Shown here: piece by piece, positions 38,920 to 51,072 of the stretch
Numbering within the stretch: the first letter of the stretch is position 1
Layout: each line of letters opens with the position of its first letter
Origin: Amphiscolops sp. MND2022
Taxonomy: Eukaryota
DNA length: 64,000 nt
Direction: 5' to 3'
Assembly: GCA_964187785.1 (NCBI GenBank)
Contig: OZ076413.1
Location: 50,036,001-50,100,000 of the forward strand
Notes under the pieces: model-generated
The model's input: the letters and a program-made list of their open reading frames with translations, nothing else
Told to the model about the DNA's origin: nothing
Databases searched by the model: none
Position numbers and translations under genes: made by a program

Positions 38920-41900
38920 TCTACAGTCAAAAAAACTGCCATTCAGAAGCTATGGAATTTTTGAAGAGATGGATGAACTGTTTCACCAAGAATTCTAACA
39001 AAATAACTTCAAAACATTTTTTACAATTTTCGTACTGTTTGAACATCTATAACATTGTCAAAAATTCGAAAAAGGAAAAACTAGTCATCACGTACCTTGC
39101 TACGAAGTGTAATCTGACGTTTAGGTTTTGGCAATGTAATTGTTTCATATTATCGAAACGTTTAGACACCCTGAAAAAATAAAGTCGAAACAAACTTTTT
39201 CTTGTATGCTTTGATGAGGAGTATTAGGAGTTTATGGATGAAAGACCCGAAACGACTCAAAAAACGGGATGTTAGTCGCAAGAAATTTTGTTGTATTACC
39301 GAATACAGAAATTTAATCGTCAGAAATTTCGTCGTCGGAATTTTTGTCGCAAATATTGCTAATTGAAAGCGTCCACTTAATTAACCTACTGGAAAGTGGT
39401 AATGTTGAAACTTTCTAATTTTTTGATCGAATATTCATTAACACAACCAAGACCATTACCAAATTTTTGTAAAAAAAAGAGAAACAGACGTGACGTACAG
39501 ACACTCTCATTTGACTGGAAGCAACGAACGAGTAATTTGCATTGTACAACACCACGGGCTCCATCGAACTTTCAACCAGTAACTAGAGCCGACCAATTGT
39601 CCTTCGTCAATGGCATATTTACAATCTCGAAAGAGCAACTGACATCGTAACTTATTGGCCTTGCAACTTTCTCTAAAAAACTATATGCAAACGTCGATTG
39701 CAAACAACTGGATCGACCATGCTGAAAAACTTGCGGGCTCACAATCACCTGGCAGAACCAGAAAATGCTGAGAAACAAAAGGGATACGCTGAACTGAAGA
39801 AGCGAGCAGCTATTTGCAATAGTCAACCTGGCAGACTGATTGCGACATTTTCAATGGAACTCGATGAAAACGTCCTTGCTAAATTCCCGGCAATTGAACA
39901 CCAAGAAAACTGTTTATAGTTACAGAAGATAGGAACTTCCGCCTATACCAAATGAGTTTAAAAGCCTTCATTTTCCAAATGAGCTACAAATTATCAAATT
40001 TGGAGAGCAAGAGCTGCCCATGGTAGCGGCAGATACGGGCGCAGAAAACGCCGACCATAGAATCTTCTCTACAGTCAAAAAATTTGCCATCCAGAAGCTA
40101 TGGAGGTTTTTGAAGAGATGGATGAACTGCTTCACCAAGAATTCTATCGGAATAACTTCAAAACACTTTTACAATTTTCGGATTGTTTGAACATTTATAA
40201 TCTTGTCAAAAAATCGAAGAAGGAATAACTAGTCATCACGTACTTTGCTACGAAGTGTAATCTGACGTTAAGGTTTTGGCAATGTAATTGTTTCATATTA
40301 CCGAAACGTTGGGACACCCTGAAAAAATAAAGTCGAAACAAAGTTTTTCTTGTATGCTATCATGAGGAGTATTAGGAGTTTATGGATGAAAGACCCGAAA
40401 CGACTCCAAAAAACGGGTTGTTCGTCGCAAGAAATTTTGTCGTATTACCGAATACAGAAAATTCGTCGTCGGAAATTTTGTCGCAATTATTGCTAATTGA
40501 AAGCGTCCACTTACTTAATCTACTGGAAAATGTTAATGTTGAGAGTTTCTAAACTTTTGATCGAATATTCATTAACACAACCAAGCCGACAAATATTGGG
40601 AATCAAAATTTTTGTAAAAAAAGATAAACAGACGTGACGTACAGACACTCTTATTCGACTGGAAGCAACCAACGAGTAATTTGCATTGTACTGCACCACG
40701 GGCTCCATCGAATTTTCAACTAGTAACAAGAGCCGACCAATTGTCCTTCGTCAATTGCACATTTTTAATCTCAAAAGAGCAACTGGCATCGTAACTTTCT
40801 CTAAAAAACTAAATGCAAACGTCGATTGCAAACAACTGGATCGACCATGCTGAAAAACATGGGGGATTACTATCACATGGCAGAACCAGAAAATGCTGAG
40901 AAACAAAAGGGATACGCTGAATTGAAGAAGCGAGCAGCTATTTGCAATAGTCAACCTGGCAGACTGATTGCGACATTTGCAATGGAACTCGATGAACACG
41001 TCCTTGCTAAATTCCCGGCAATTGAACACCAAGAAAACTATTTATAGTGACAGCAGGTAGGAACTTCCGCCTCTACCAAATGAGTGTAAAAGCCTTCGTT
41101 TTCCAAATGAGCTACAGTTTATCAAATTTGGAGAGCAAGAGCTGCCCATGGTAGCGGCAGATACGTGCGCAGAAAACGCCGACCAAAGAATCATCTCTAC
41201 AGCCAAAAAAACTGCCATCCAGAAGCTATGGAGGTTTTTAAAGAGATGGATGAACTGCTTCACCAAGAATTCTACCGAAAAAACTTTAAAACACTTTTAC
41301 AATTTTCGGATTGTTTGAACATTTATAACCTTGTCAAAAATTCGAAGAAGGAAAAACTAGTCATCACGTACTTTGCTACGAAGTGTAATCTGACGTTTAG
41401 GTTTTGGCAATGTAATTGTTTCATATTACCGGAACGTTTAGACACCCTAAAAAAATAAAGTCGAAACAAACTTTTTCTTGTATGCTATCATGAGGAGTAT
41501 TAGGAGTTTATGGATGAAAGACCCGAAACGACTCCAAAAAACGGGTTGTTCGTCGCGAGAAATTTTGTCGTATTACCGAATACAGAAAATTCGTCGTCGG
41601 AAGTTTTGTCGCAATTATTGCTAATTGAAAGCGTCCACTTAATTAACCTACAGGAAAATGTTAATGTTGAAAGTTTCTAAATTTTTGATCGAATATTCAT
41701 TAACACAACCAAGACGACAAATATTAGGAATCAAAATTTTTGTAAAAAAAGATAAACAGACGTGACGTACAGACACTTTCATTTGAATGGAAGCAACCAA
41801 CAAGTAATTTGCATTGTACTGCACCACGGGCTCCATCGAATTTTCAACTAGTAACAAGAGCCGACCAATTGTCCTTCGTCAATTGCACATTTTTAATCTC

Positions 41901-44900
41901 GAAAGAGCAACTGGCATCGTAACTTTCTCTAAAAAACTGAATGCAAACGTCGATTGCAAACAACTGGATCGACCATGCTGAAAAACTTGGGGGATCACTA
42001 TCACATGGCAGAACCAGAAAATGCTGAGAAGCAAAAGGGATACGCTGAACTGAAGAAGCGAGCAGCTATTTGCAATAGTCAACCTGGCAGACTGAATGCG
42101 ACATTTGCAATGGAACTCGATGAACACGTCCTTGCTAAATTCCCGGCAATTGAACACCAAGAAAACTATTTATAGTGACAGCAGATAGGAACTTCCGCCT
42201 CTACCAAATGAGTTTAAAAGCCTTCGTTTTCCAAATGAGCTACAAATTATCAAATTTGGAGAGCAAGAGCTGCCCATGGTAGCCGCAGATACGGGCGCAG
42301 AAAACGCCGACCAAAGAATCATCTCTACAGTCAAAAAAACTGCCATCCAGAAGCTATGGAACTTTTTGAAGAGATGGATGAACTGCTTCACCAAGAATTC
42401 TATCGAAATAACTTTAAAACACTTTTACAATTTTCGGATTGTTTGAACATTTATAACCTTGTCGAACATTCGAAGAAGGAAAAACTAGTCATCACGTACT
42501 TTGCTACGAAGTGTAATCTGACGTTTAGTTTTTGGCAATGTAATTGTTTCATATTACCGGAACGTTTAGACACCCTGAAAAAATAGAGTCGAAACAAACT
42601 TTTTCTTGTATGCTATCATGAGGAGTATTAGGAGTTTATGGATGAAAGACCCGAAACGACTCCAAAAAACGGGTTGTTCGTCGCAAGAAATTTTGTCGTA
42701 TTACCGAATACAGAAAATTTTTCGTCGGAAATTTTGTCGCAATTATTGCTTATTGAAAGCGTCCACTTAATTAACCTACAGGAAAATGGTAATGTTGAAA
42801 GTTTCCAAGTTTTTGATCGAATATTCAATAACACAACCAGGACCATTACCAAATTTTTGTAAAAAAGAGAAACAGACGTAACGTACAGACACTCTCATTT
42901 GACTGGAAACAACCAACAAGTACTTTGCATTGTACAACACCACGGGCTCCATCGAATTTTCAACTAGTAACAAGAGCCGACAAATTGTCCTTCGTCAATT
43001 GCACATTTAAAATCTCGAAAGAGCAACTGACATCGTAACTTTCTCAAAAATCTAAATGCAAACGTCGATTGCAAACAACTGGATCGACCATGCTGAAAAA
43101 CTTGGGGGATCACTATCACATGGCAGAACCAGAAAATGCTGAGAAACAAAAGGGATACGCTGAATTGAAGAAGCGAGCAGCTATTTGCAAAAGTCAACCT
43201 GGCAGACTGATTGCGACATTTGCAATGGAACTCGATGAACACGTCCTTGCTAATTTCCCGGCAGTTGAACACCAAGAAAACTGTTTATAGTGACAGCAGA
43301 TAGGAACTTCCGCCTCTACCAAATGAGTTTAAAAGCCTTCGTTTTCCAAATGAGCTACAAATTATCAAATTTGGAGAGCAAGAGCTGCCCATGGTAGTGG
43401 CAGATGCGTGCGCAGAAAACGCCGACCAAAGAATCATCTCTACGGTCAAAAAAACTGCCATCCAGAAGCTATGGAGGTTTTTGAAGAGATGGATGAACTG
43501 CTTCACGAAGAATTCTATCGAAATAACTTTAAAACACATTTACAATTTTTGGATTTTTTGAACATTTATACACTTGTCAAAAATTCGAAGAAAGAAAAAC
43601 TAGTCATCATGTACTTTGCTACGATGTGTAATCTGACGTTTAGGTTTTGGCAATGTAATTGTTTCATATCATCGAAACGTTTAGACACCCTGAAAAAATA
43701 ATTCGAAACAAACTTTTTCTTGTATGCTTTCATGAGGAGTATTGGGAGTTTATGGATGAAAGACACGAAACGACTCCAAAAAAACGGGTTCTTCGTCGCA
43801 AGAAATTTTGTCGTATTACCGAATACAGAAATTTAGTCGTCAAAAAATCGTCGTCGGAAATTTCGTCGCAATTATTGCTAATTGAAAGCGTCCACTTAAT
43901 TAACCTACTGGAAAATGTTAATGTTGAAAGTTTCTAAATTTTTGATCGAGTATTCATTAACACAACCAAGACGACAAACATTAGGAATCAAAGTTTTTGT
44001 AAAAAAAAGAGAAACAGACGTGACGTACAGACACTCTCATTTGACTGGAAGCAACCAACGAGTAATTTGCATTGTTCTACACCACGGGCTCCATCGAATT
44101 TTCAAGTAGTAACAAGAGCCGACAAATTGTCCTTCGTCAATTGCACGTTTACAATCTCGAATCTCGAAAGAGCAACTGACATCGTAACTTTCTCAAAAAT
44201 CTAAATGCAAACGTCGATTGCAAACAACTGGATCGACCATGCTGAAAAACTTGGGGGATCACAATCACATGGCAGAACCAGAAAATGCTGAGAAACAAAA
44301 GGGATACGCTGAATTGAAGAAGCGAGCAGCTATTTGCAAAAGTCAACCTGGCAGACTGATTGCGACATTTGCAATGGAACTCGATGAACACGTCCTTGCT
44401 AATTTCCTGGCAGTTGAAGACCAAGAAAACTGTTTATAGTGACAGCAGATAGGAACTTCCGCCTCTACCAAATGAGTTTAAAAGCCTTCGTTTTCCAAAT
44501 GAGCTACAAATTATCAAATTTGGAGAGCAAGAGCTGCCCAAGGTAGCGGCAGATACGTGCGCAGTAAACGCCGACCAAAGAATCATCTCTACGGTCAAAA
44601 AAACTGCCATCCAGAAGCTATGGAGGTTTTTGAAGAGATGGAGGAACTGCTTCACCAAGAATTCTATCGAAATAACTTTAAAACACATTTACAATTTTCG
44701 GATTATTTGAACATTTATAGCCTTGTCAAAAATTTGAAGAAAGAAAAACTAGTCATCACGTACTTTGCTACGATGTGTAATCTGACGTTTAGGTTTTGGC
44801 AATGTAATTGTTTCATATTATCGAAACGTTTAGACACCCTGAAAAAATAAAGTCGAAACAAACTTTTTCTTGTATGCTTTCATGAGGAGTATTAGGAGTT

Positions 44901-47900
44901 TATGGATGAAAGACACGAAACGACTCCAAAAAAACGGGTTCTTCGTCGCAAGAAATTTTGTCGTATTACCGAATACAGAAATTTAGTCGTCAAAAATTCG
45001 TCGTCGGAAATTTCGTCGCAATTATTGCTAATTGAAAGCGTCCACTTAATTAACCTACTGGAAAATGTTAATGTTGAAAGTTTCTAAATTTTTGATCGAA
45101 TATTCATTAACACAACCAAGACGACAAACATTAGGAATCAAAATTTTTGTAAAAAAAGAGAAACAGACGTGACGGACAGACACTCTCTTTTGACTGGAAG
45201 CAACCAACGAGTAATTTGCATTGTTCTACACCACGGGCTCCATCGAATTTTCAACTAGTAACAAGAGCCGACCAATTGTCCTTCGTCAATTGCACATTTG
45301 CAATCTCGAATCTCGAAAGAGCAACTGACATCGTAACTTTCTCTAAAAAACTAAATGCAAACGTCGATTGCAAACAACTGGATCGACCATGCTGAAAAAC
45401 TTGGGGGATCACAATCACATGGCAGAACCAGAAAATGCTGAGAAACAAAAGGGATACGCTGAATTGAAGAAGCGAGCAGCTATTTGCAAAAGTCAACCTG
45501 GCAGACTGATTGCGACATTTGCAATGGAACTCGATGAACACGTCCTTGCTAATTTCCCGGCAGTTGAACACCAAGAAAACTGTTTATAGTGACAGCAGAT
45601 AGGAACTTCCGCCTCTACCAAATGAATTTAAAAGCCTTCGTTTTCCAAATGAGCTACAAATTATCAATTTTGGAGAGCAAAAGCTGCCCATGGTAGCGGC
45701 AGATACGTGCGCAGAAAACGCCGACCAAAGAATCATCTCTACAGTCAAAAAAACTGCCATCCAGAAGCTATGGAGGTTTTTGAAGAGATGGATGAACTGC
45801 TTCACCAAGAATTCTATCGAAATAACTTTAAAACACATTTACAATTTTCGAATTATTTGAACATTTATAGCCTTGTCAAAAATTCGAAGAAAGAAAAACT
45901 AGTCATCATGTACTTTGCTACGATGTGTAATCTGACGTTTAGGTTTTGGCAATGTAATTGTTCATATTATCGAAACGTTTAGACACCCTGAAAAAATAAA
46001 GTCGAAACAAACTTTTTCTTGTATGCTTTCATGAGGAGAATTAGGAGTTTATGGATGAAAGACACGAAACGACTCCAAAAAAACGGGTTCTCCGTCGCAA
46101 GAAATTTTGTCGTATTACCGAATACAGAAATTTAGTCGTCAAAAATTCGTCGTCGGAAATTTCGTCGCAATTATTGCTAATTGAAAGCGTCCACTTAATT
46201 AACCTACTGGAAAATGTTAATGTTGAAAGTTTCTAAATTTTTGATCGAATATTCATTAACACAACCAAGACGACAAACATTAGGAATCAAAATTTTTGTA
46301 AAAAAAGAGAAACAGACGTGACGGACAGACACTCTCTTTTGACTGGAAGCAACCAACGAGTAATTTGCATTGTTCTACACCACGGGCTCCATCGAATTTT
46401 CAAGTAGTAACAAGAGCCGACAAATTGTCCTTCGTCAATTGCACGTTTACAATCTCGAATCTCGAAAGAGCAACTGACATCGTAACTTTCTCAAAAATCT
46501 AAATGCAAACGTCGATTGCAAACAACTGGATCGACCATGCTGAAAAACTTGGGGGATCACAATCACATGGCAGAACCAGAAAATGCTGAGAAACAAAAGG
46601 GAACGAAGAAATTAAGAAGCGAGCAGCTATTTGCAAAAGTCAACCTGGCAGACTGATTGCGACATTTGCAATGGAACTCGATGAACACGTCCTTGCTAAT
46701 TTCCTGGCAGTTGAAGACCAAGAAAACTGTTTATAGTGACAGTAGATAGGAACTTCCGCCTCTACCAAATGAGTTTAAAAGCCTTCGCTTTCCAAATGAG
46801 CTACAAATTATCAAATTTGGAGAGCAAGAGCTGCCCATGGTAGCGGCAGATACGTGCGCAGAAAACGCCGACCAAAGAATCATCTCTACGGTCAAAAATA
46901 CTGCCACCAGAAGCTATGGAGGTTTTTGAAGAGATGGATGAATTGCTTCACGAAGAATTCTATCGAAATAACTTTAAAACACATTTACAATTTTCGGATT
47001 TTTTGAACATTTATAACCTTGTCAAAAATTCGAAGAAAGAAAAACTAGTCACCATGTACTTTGCTACGATGTGTAATCTGACGTTTAGGTTTTGGCAATG
47101 TAATTGTTTCATATTATCGAAACGTTTAGACACCCTGAAAAATAAAGTCGAAACAAACTTTTTCTTGTATGCTTTCATGAGGAGTATTAGGAGTTTATGG
47201 ATGAAAGACCCGAAACGACTCCAAAAAACGGGTTGTTCGTCGCAAGAAATTTTGTCGTATTACCGAAAACAGAAATTTAGTCGTCAAAAATTCGTCGTCG
47301 GAAATTTCGTCGCAATTATTGCTAATCGAAAGCGTCCACCAAATTAACCTACTGGAAAATGTTAATGTTGAAAGTTTCTAAATTTTTGATCGAATATTCA
47401 TTAACACAACCAAGACGACAAACATTAGGAATCAAAGTTTTTGTAAAAAAAAAGAGAAACAGACGTGACGTACAGACACTCTCATTTGACTGGAAGCAAC
47501 CAACGAGTAATTTGCATTGTTCTACACCACGGGCTCCATCGAATTTTCAAGTAGTAACAAGAGCCGACCAATTGTCCTTCGTCAATTGCACATTTACAAT
47601 CTCGAATCTCGAAAGAGCAACCGACATCGTAACTTTCTCTAAAAAACTAAATGCAAACGTCGATTGCAAACAACTGGATCGACCATGCTGAAAAACTTGG
47701 GGGATCACTATCACATGGCAGAACCAGAAAATGCTGGGAAACAAAAGGGATACGCCGAATTGAAGAAGCGAGCAGTTATTTGCAATAGTCAACCTTGTAG
47801 ACTGATTACGACATTTGCAATGGAACTCGATGAACACGTCCTTGCTAACTTCCCGGCAGTTGAACACCCAGAAAACTATTCATAGTGACAGCAGATAGGA

Positions 47901-48033
47901 ACTTCCGCCTCTACCAAATGAGTTTAAAAGCCTTCGTTTTCCATATGAGCTACAAAATATCAAATTTGGAGATCAAGAGCTGCCCATGGTAGCGGCAGAT
48001 TCGGGCGCAGAAAACGCCGACCAAAGAATCATC
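38920..48033 (+). repeat. Tandem array of 8 units (1115-1150 bp) derived from the 5' part of a MULE transposase locus
   Basis: Unit starts (TCTAC(A/G)G) at 38920, 40068, 41196, 42324, 43439, 44588, 45738 and 46885. Each unit encodes ...CKRRLQTTGSTMLKNLGDHNHMAEPE..., and the last unit runs directly into the transposase core. Confidence 0.95.
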
Positions 48034-48900
48034 GTATTCGCCATTCAACCACATTTGGAAAACCTAAAAAATGTGAAACCTTCATTCGCGATGGAATCTT
48101 TGACTCTCTACCACTTCTAACATACCAACGTTACACAATTCACGGCTTAATTGGCGATATAGCTCCACCTTTGCTATTTGCATTGTTACCTAATAAAACC
48201 ATTCTGTGATATGACTCACTATTGGAGCTGGTTGAAAACGTTTGCCACGAAATTAGCCCGAAACTCATTTTGCAAAGCGTTTCCCCTAGCCACCCTTGGT
48301 GGTTGCAGATTTTTTCTAGGGCAAGCATTAATAGGGAACGTGAACGAATGCGGATTGAAACACAAGTATATCAAGGACCACCATTTCCGACTTCGAGTGA
48401 AGTGTCTGCCAGCTCTGATCTTCATTCCTGAACCAATCATTAAAGAGTGCCTTGAACTGAGTTGTGGCGACTTTGAAGACGATGAATTAGCTGTTCTCAA
48501 CTACTTTGAGCGTACGTATATTGGCGCAATTAATCCTCGATCAGAAGAAAGATGGCATTCACAGTATAGCCTTGAAGTTTGGAATATGCGAGACCGATCA
48601 CTACTAGGAGCCCCACTGACAACCAATCACAGCGAAGGTTGGCAAGCCAGATTGTATTCAGCTTGCGGACTTAATAACCCAAATTTTGGCATTTCCTGCA
48701 CTTGCTGGTATCAGAAATGGATCTGGTCCGTTTGGAATTACTTATTTACAAAATCGGCAGCGAAAGGAGAGTGATTACTTATGTGAAAGACTCGACAAAA
48801 AAGCTGCATACTCTTTGCTTGAGGGATATTCCAAGCTCAGACGACAAAAAAAATAGAACTCTTGAAGTCTTTTGCAATGATTTTTTAATAAATCATAGTA
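47520..48900 (+). pseudogene. Mutator-like (MULE) transposase pseudogene with N-terminal FLYWCH-type Zn finger remnant
   Basis: ...DQRIIVFA..., FADGIF (cf. DGTF), QRYTIHG, PLLFALLPNKT, GGCRFFLGQA (cf. GCxFHxxQ), LPALIFIP, NYFERTYIG, VWN and TTNHSEGW (cf. TNNxxEGW); frameshifts and a deletion. Confidence 0.88.
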
Positions 48901-51072
48901 AATAATTTCTCCTCTTTGTGTTCGTGATTTTATTTGTTTCGAATAGAAGTTTTGAAATTCGATATTGTTTTTAGAAAGTTGATATTGCGAGCTGACAGGT
49001 GGTTGCATCCTCCTGCACCGCAGATTCCGGTTAATTCCTGCAAAGATTGCTCCTGTAACTGGGTGATCAGTCAGTGGTAGGGGTTGTCAGCCCTTTACGA
49101 AGCAATCTTTAATGACCATCTGTGCGTGCCTCAGTAAACCATTATTGATACGATGATTTTTCCGAAAGGAAGTTGAAGTACCAGAAATTTCGTTGATTTG
49201 TATTGGCTTTGTATTAATTTTTTTCGTGAGGCAAAACGCATCTAAATTGCGACAAAAACCAATTTCCAATCAATTTGTTTCATCAAGTTGAAATGCAATC
49301 TAAACGTTTTTTTTCGGAAAACAAATCATTGTCTGTAGTCATTTTTCAAGAAGAATAAATTACAAAAATAGAATCTTTGTAGAACATGTTAAAAATTCAG
49401 GTTGATTCAAGCTTCCAGTGTGCTTTTTGTTTATTCACAATATTTCATACGTTTACTAAGTGATTCAATTTCGATTGACTTTGCGCGAGCTGTATTGCGA
49501 CGGAATTTCTGACGACGAAAGTTCTTACGGCGAAATTTCGGCTAAACAAAAAAACAAACGCTTCAAAGTTTTGATTATCACATCCCGTTTTCAGCTAACT
49601 TTTGAAGGCTTTCAATTGTTAGAATTTCGAGAGAGGATCAAAGCGACAGCTGGTTGAAAACGTTTGCCACGAAATTAGCCCGAAACTCATTTTGCAAAGC
49701 GTTTCCCCTAGCCACCCTTGGTGGTTGCAGGTTTTTTCTAGGGCAAGCATTAATAGGGAACGTGAACGAAGGCGGATTGAAGCACAAGTATATCAAAGAC
49801 CACCATTTCCGACTTCGAGTGAAGTGTCTGCAAGCTCTGATCTTCATTCCTGAACCAATCGTTAAAGAGTGCCTTGAACTGAGTTGTGGCGACTTTGAAG
49901 ACGATGAATTAGCTGTTCTCAACTACTTTGAGCGTACGTATATCGGCGCAATTAATCCTCGATCAGAAGAAAGACGGCAATCACAGTATAGCCTTGAAGT
50001 TTGGAATATGCGAGACCGATCACTACTGAGAGCCTCACTGACAACCAATCACAGCGAAGGTTGGCAAGCCAGATTGTATTCAGCTTGCGGACTTGATAAC
50101 CCAAATTTTTGGCATTTCCTGGACTTGCTGGTATCAGAAATGGATCTGGTCCTTTTGGAATTACTTATTTACAAAATCGGCAGTGAAAGGAGAGTGAGGA
50201 CTTATGTGAAAGACTCGACAAAAAAGCTGCATACTCTTTGCTTGAGGGATATACCAAGCTCAGACGACGAAAAAATAGAACTCTTGAAGTCTTTTGCAAT
50301 GATATTTTAATAAATCATAGTAAATAATTTCTCCTCTTTGTGTTCGTGATTTTATTCGTTTCGAATAGAAGTTTTGAAATTCGATATTGTTTTTAGAAAG
50401 TTGATATTGCGAGCTGACAGGTGGTTGCATCCTCCTGCACCGCAGATTCCGGTTAATTCCTGCAAAGATTGCTCCTGTAACTGGGTGATCAGTCAGTGGT
50501 AGGGGTTGTCAGCCCTTTACGAAGCAATCTTTAATGACCATCTGTGCGTGCCTCAGTAAACCATTATTGATACGATGATTTTTTCCGAAAGAAAGTTGAA
50601 GTACCAGAAATTTCGTTGATTTGTATTGGCTTTGTATTAATTTTTTTCGTGAGGCAAAACGCATCTAAATTGCGACAAAAACCAATTTCCAATCAATTTG
50701 TTTCATCAAGTTGAAATGCAATCTAAACGTTTTTTTTTCGGAGAACAAATCATTGTCTGTAGTCATTTTTCAAGAAGAATAAATTACAAAAATAGAATCT
50801 TTGTAGAACATGTTAAAAATTCAGGTTGATTCAAGCTTCCAGTGTGCTTTTTGTTTGTTCACATTATTTCATACGTTTACTAAGTGATTCAATTTCGATT
50901 GACTTTGCGCGAGCTGTATTGCGACGGAATTTCTGACGACGAAAGTTCTTACGGCGAAATTTCGGCTAAACAAAAAAACAAACGCTTCAAAGTTTTGATT
51001 ATCACATCCCGTTTTCAGCTAACTTTTGAAGGCTTTCAATTGTTAGAATTTCGAGAGAGGATCAAAGCGACA
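48226..51072. repeat. Tandem duplication 2 x ~1.42 kb (48226-49647, 49648-51072) covering the MULE transposase 3' half and downstream DNA
   Basis: AGCTGGTTGAAAACG starts both copies and GGATCAAAGCGAC ends both; duplicated ORFs 48178/49654 and 49460/50884. Confidence 0.95.
49654..50310 (+). pseudogene. Duplicated MULE transposase C-terminal fragment (218 aa open)
   Basis: GGCRFFLGQA...NYFERTYIG...TTNHSEGW...PNFWHFLDLL; 5'-truncated by the duplication junction. Confidence 0.85.

Noticed and set aside
38920..48033. CRISPR-like array or tandem cluster of functional small genes (repeated 73-aa ORFs)
   Set aside because: Units are >1.1 kb with no unique spacers. The 73-aa ORFs start at non-ATG codons and are frameshifted pieces of a MULE transposase N-terminus.
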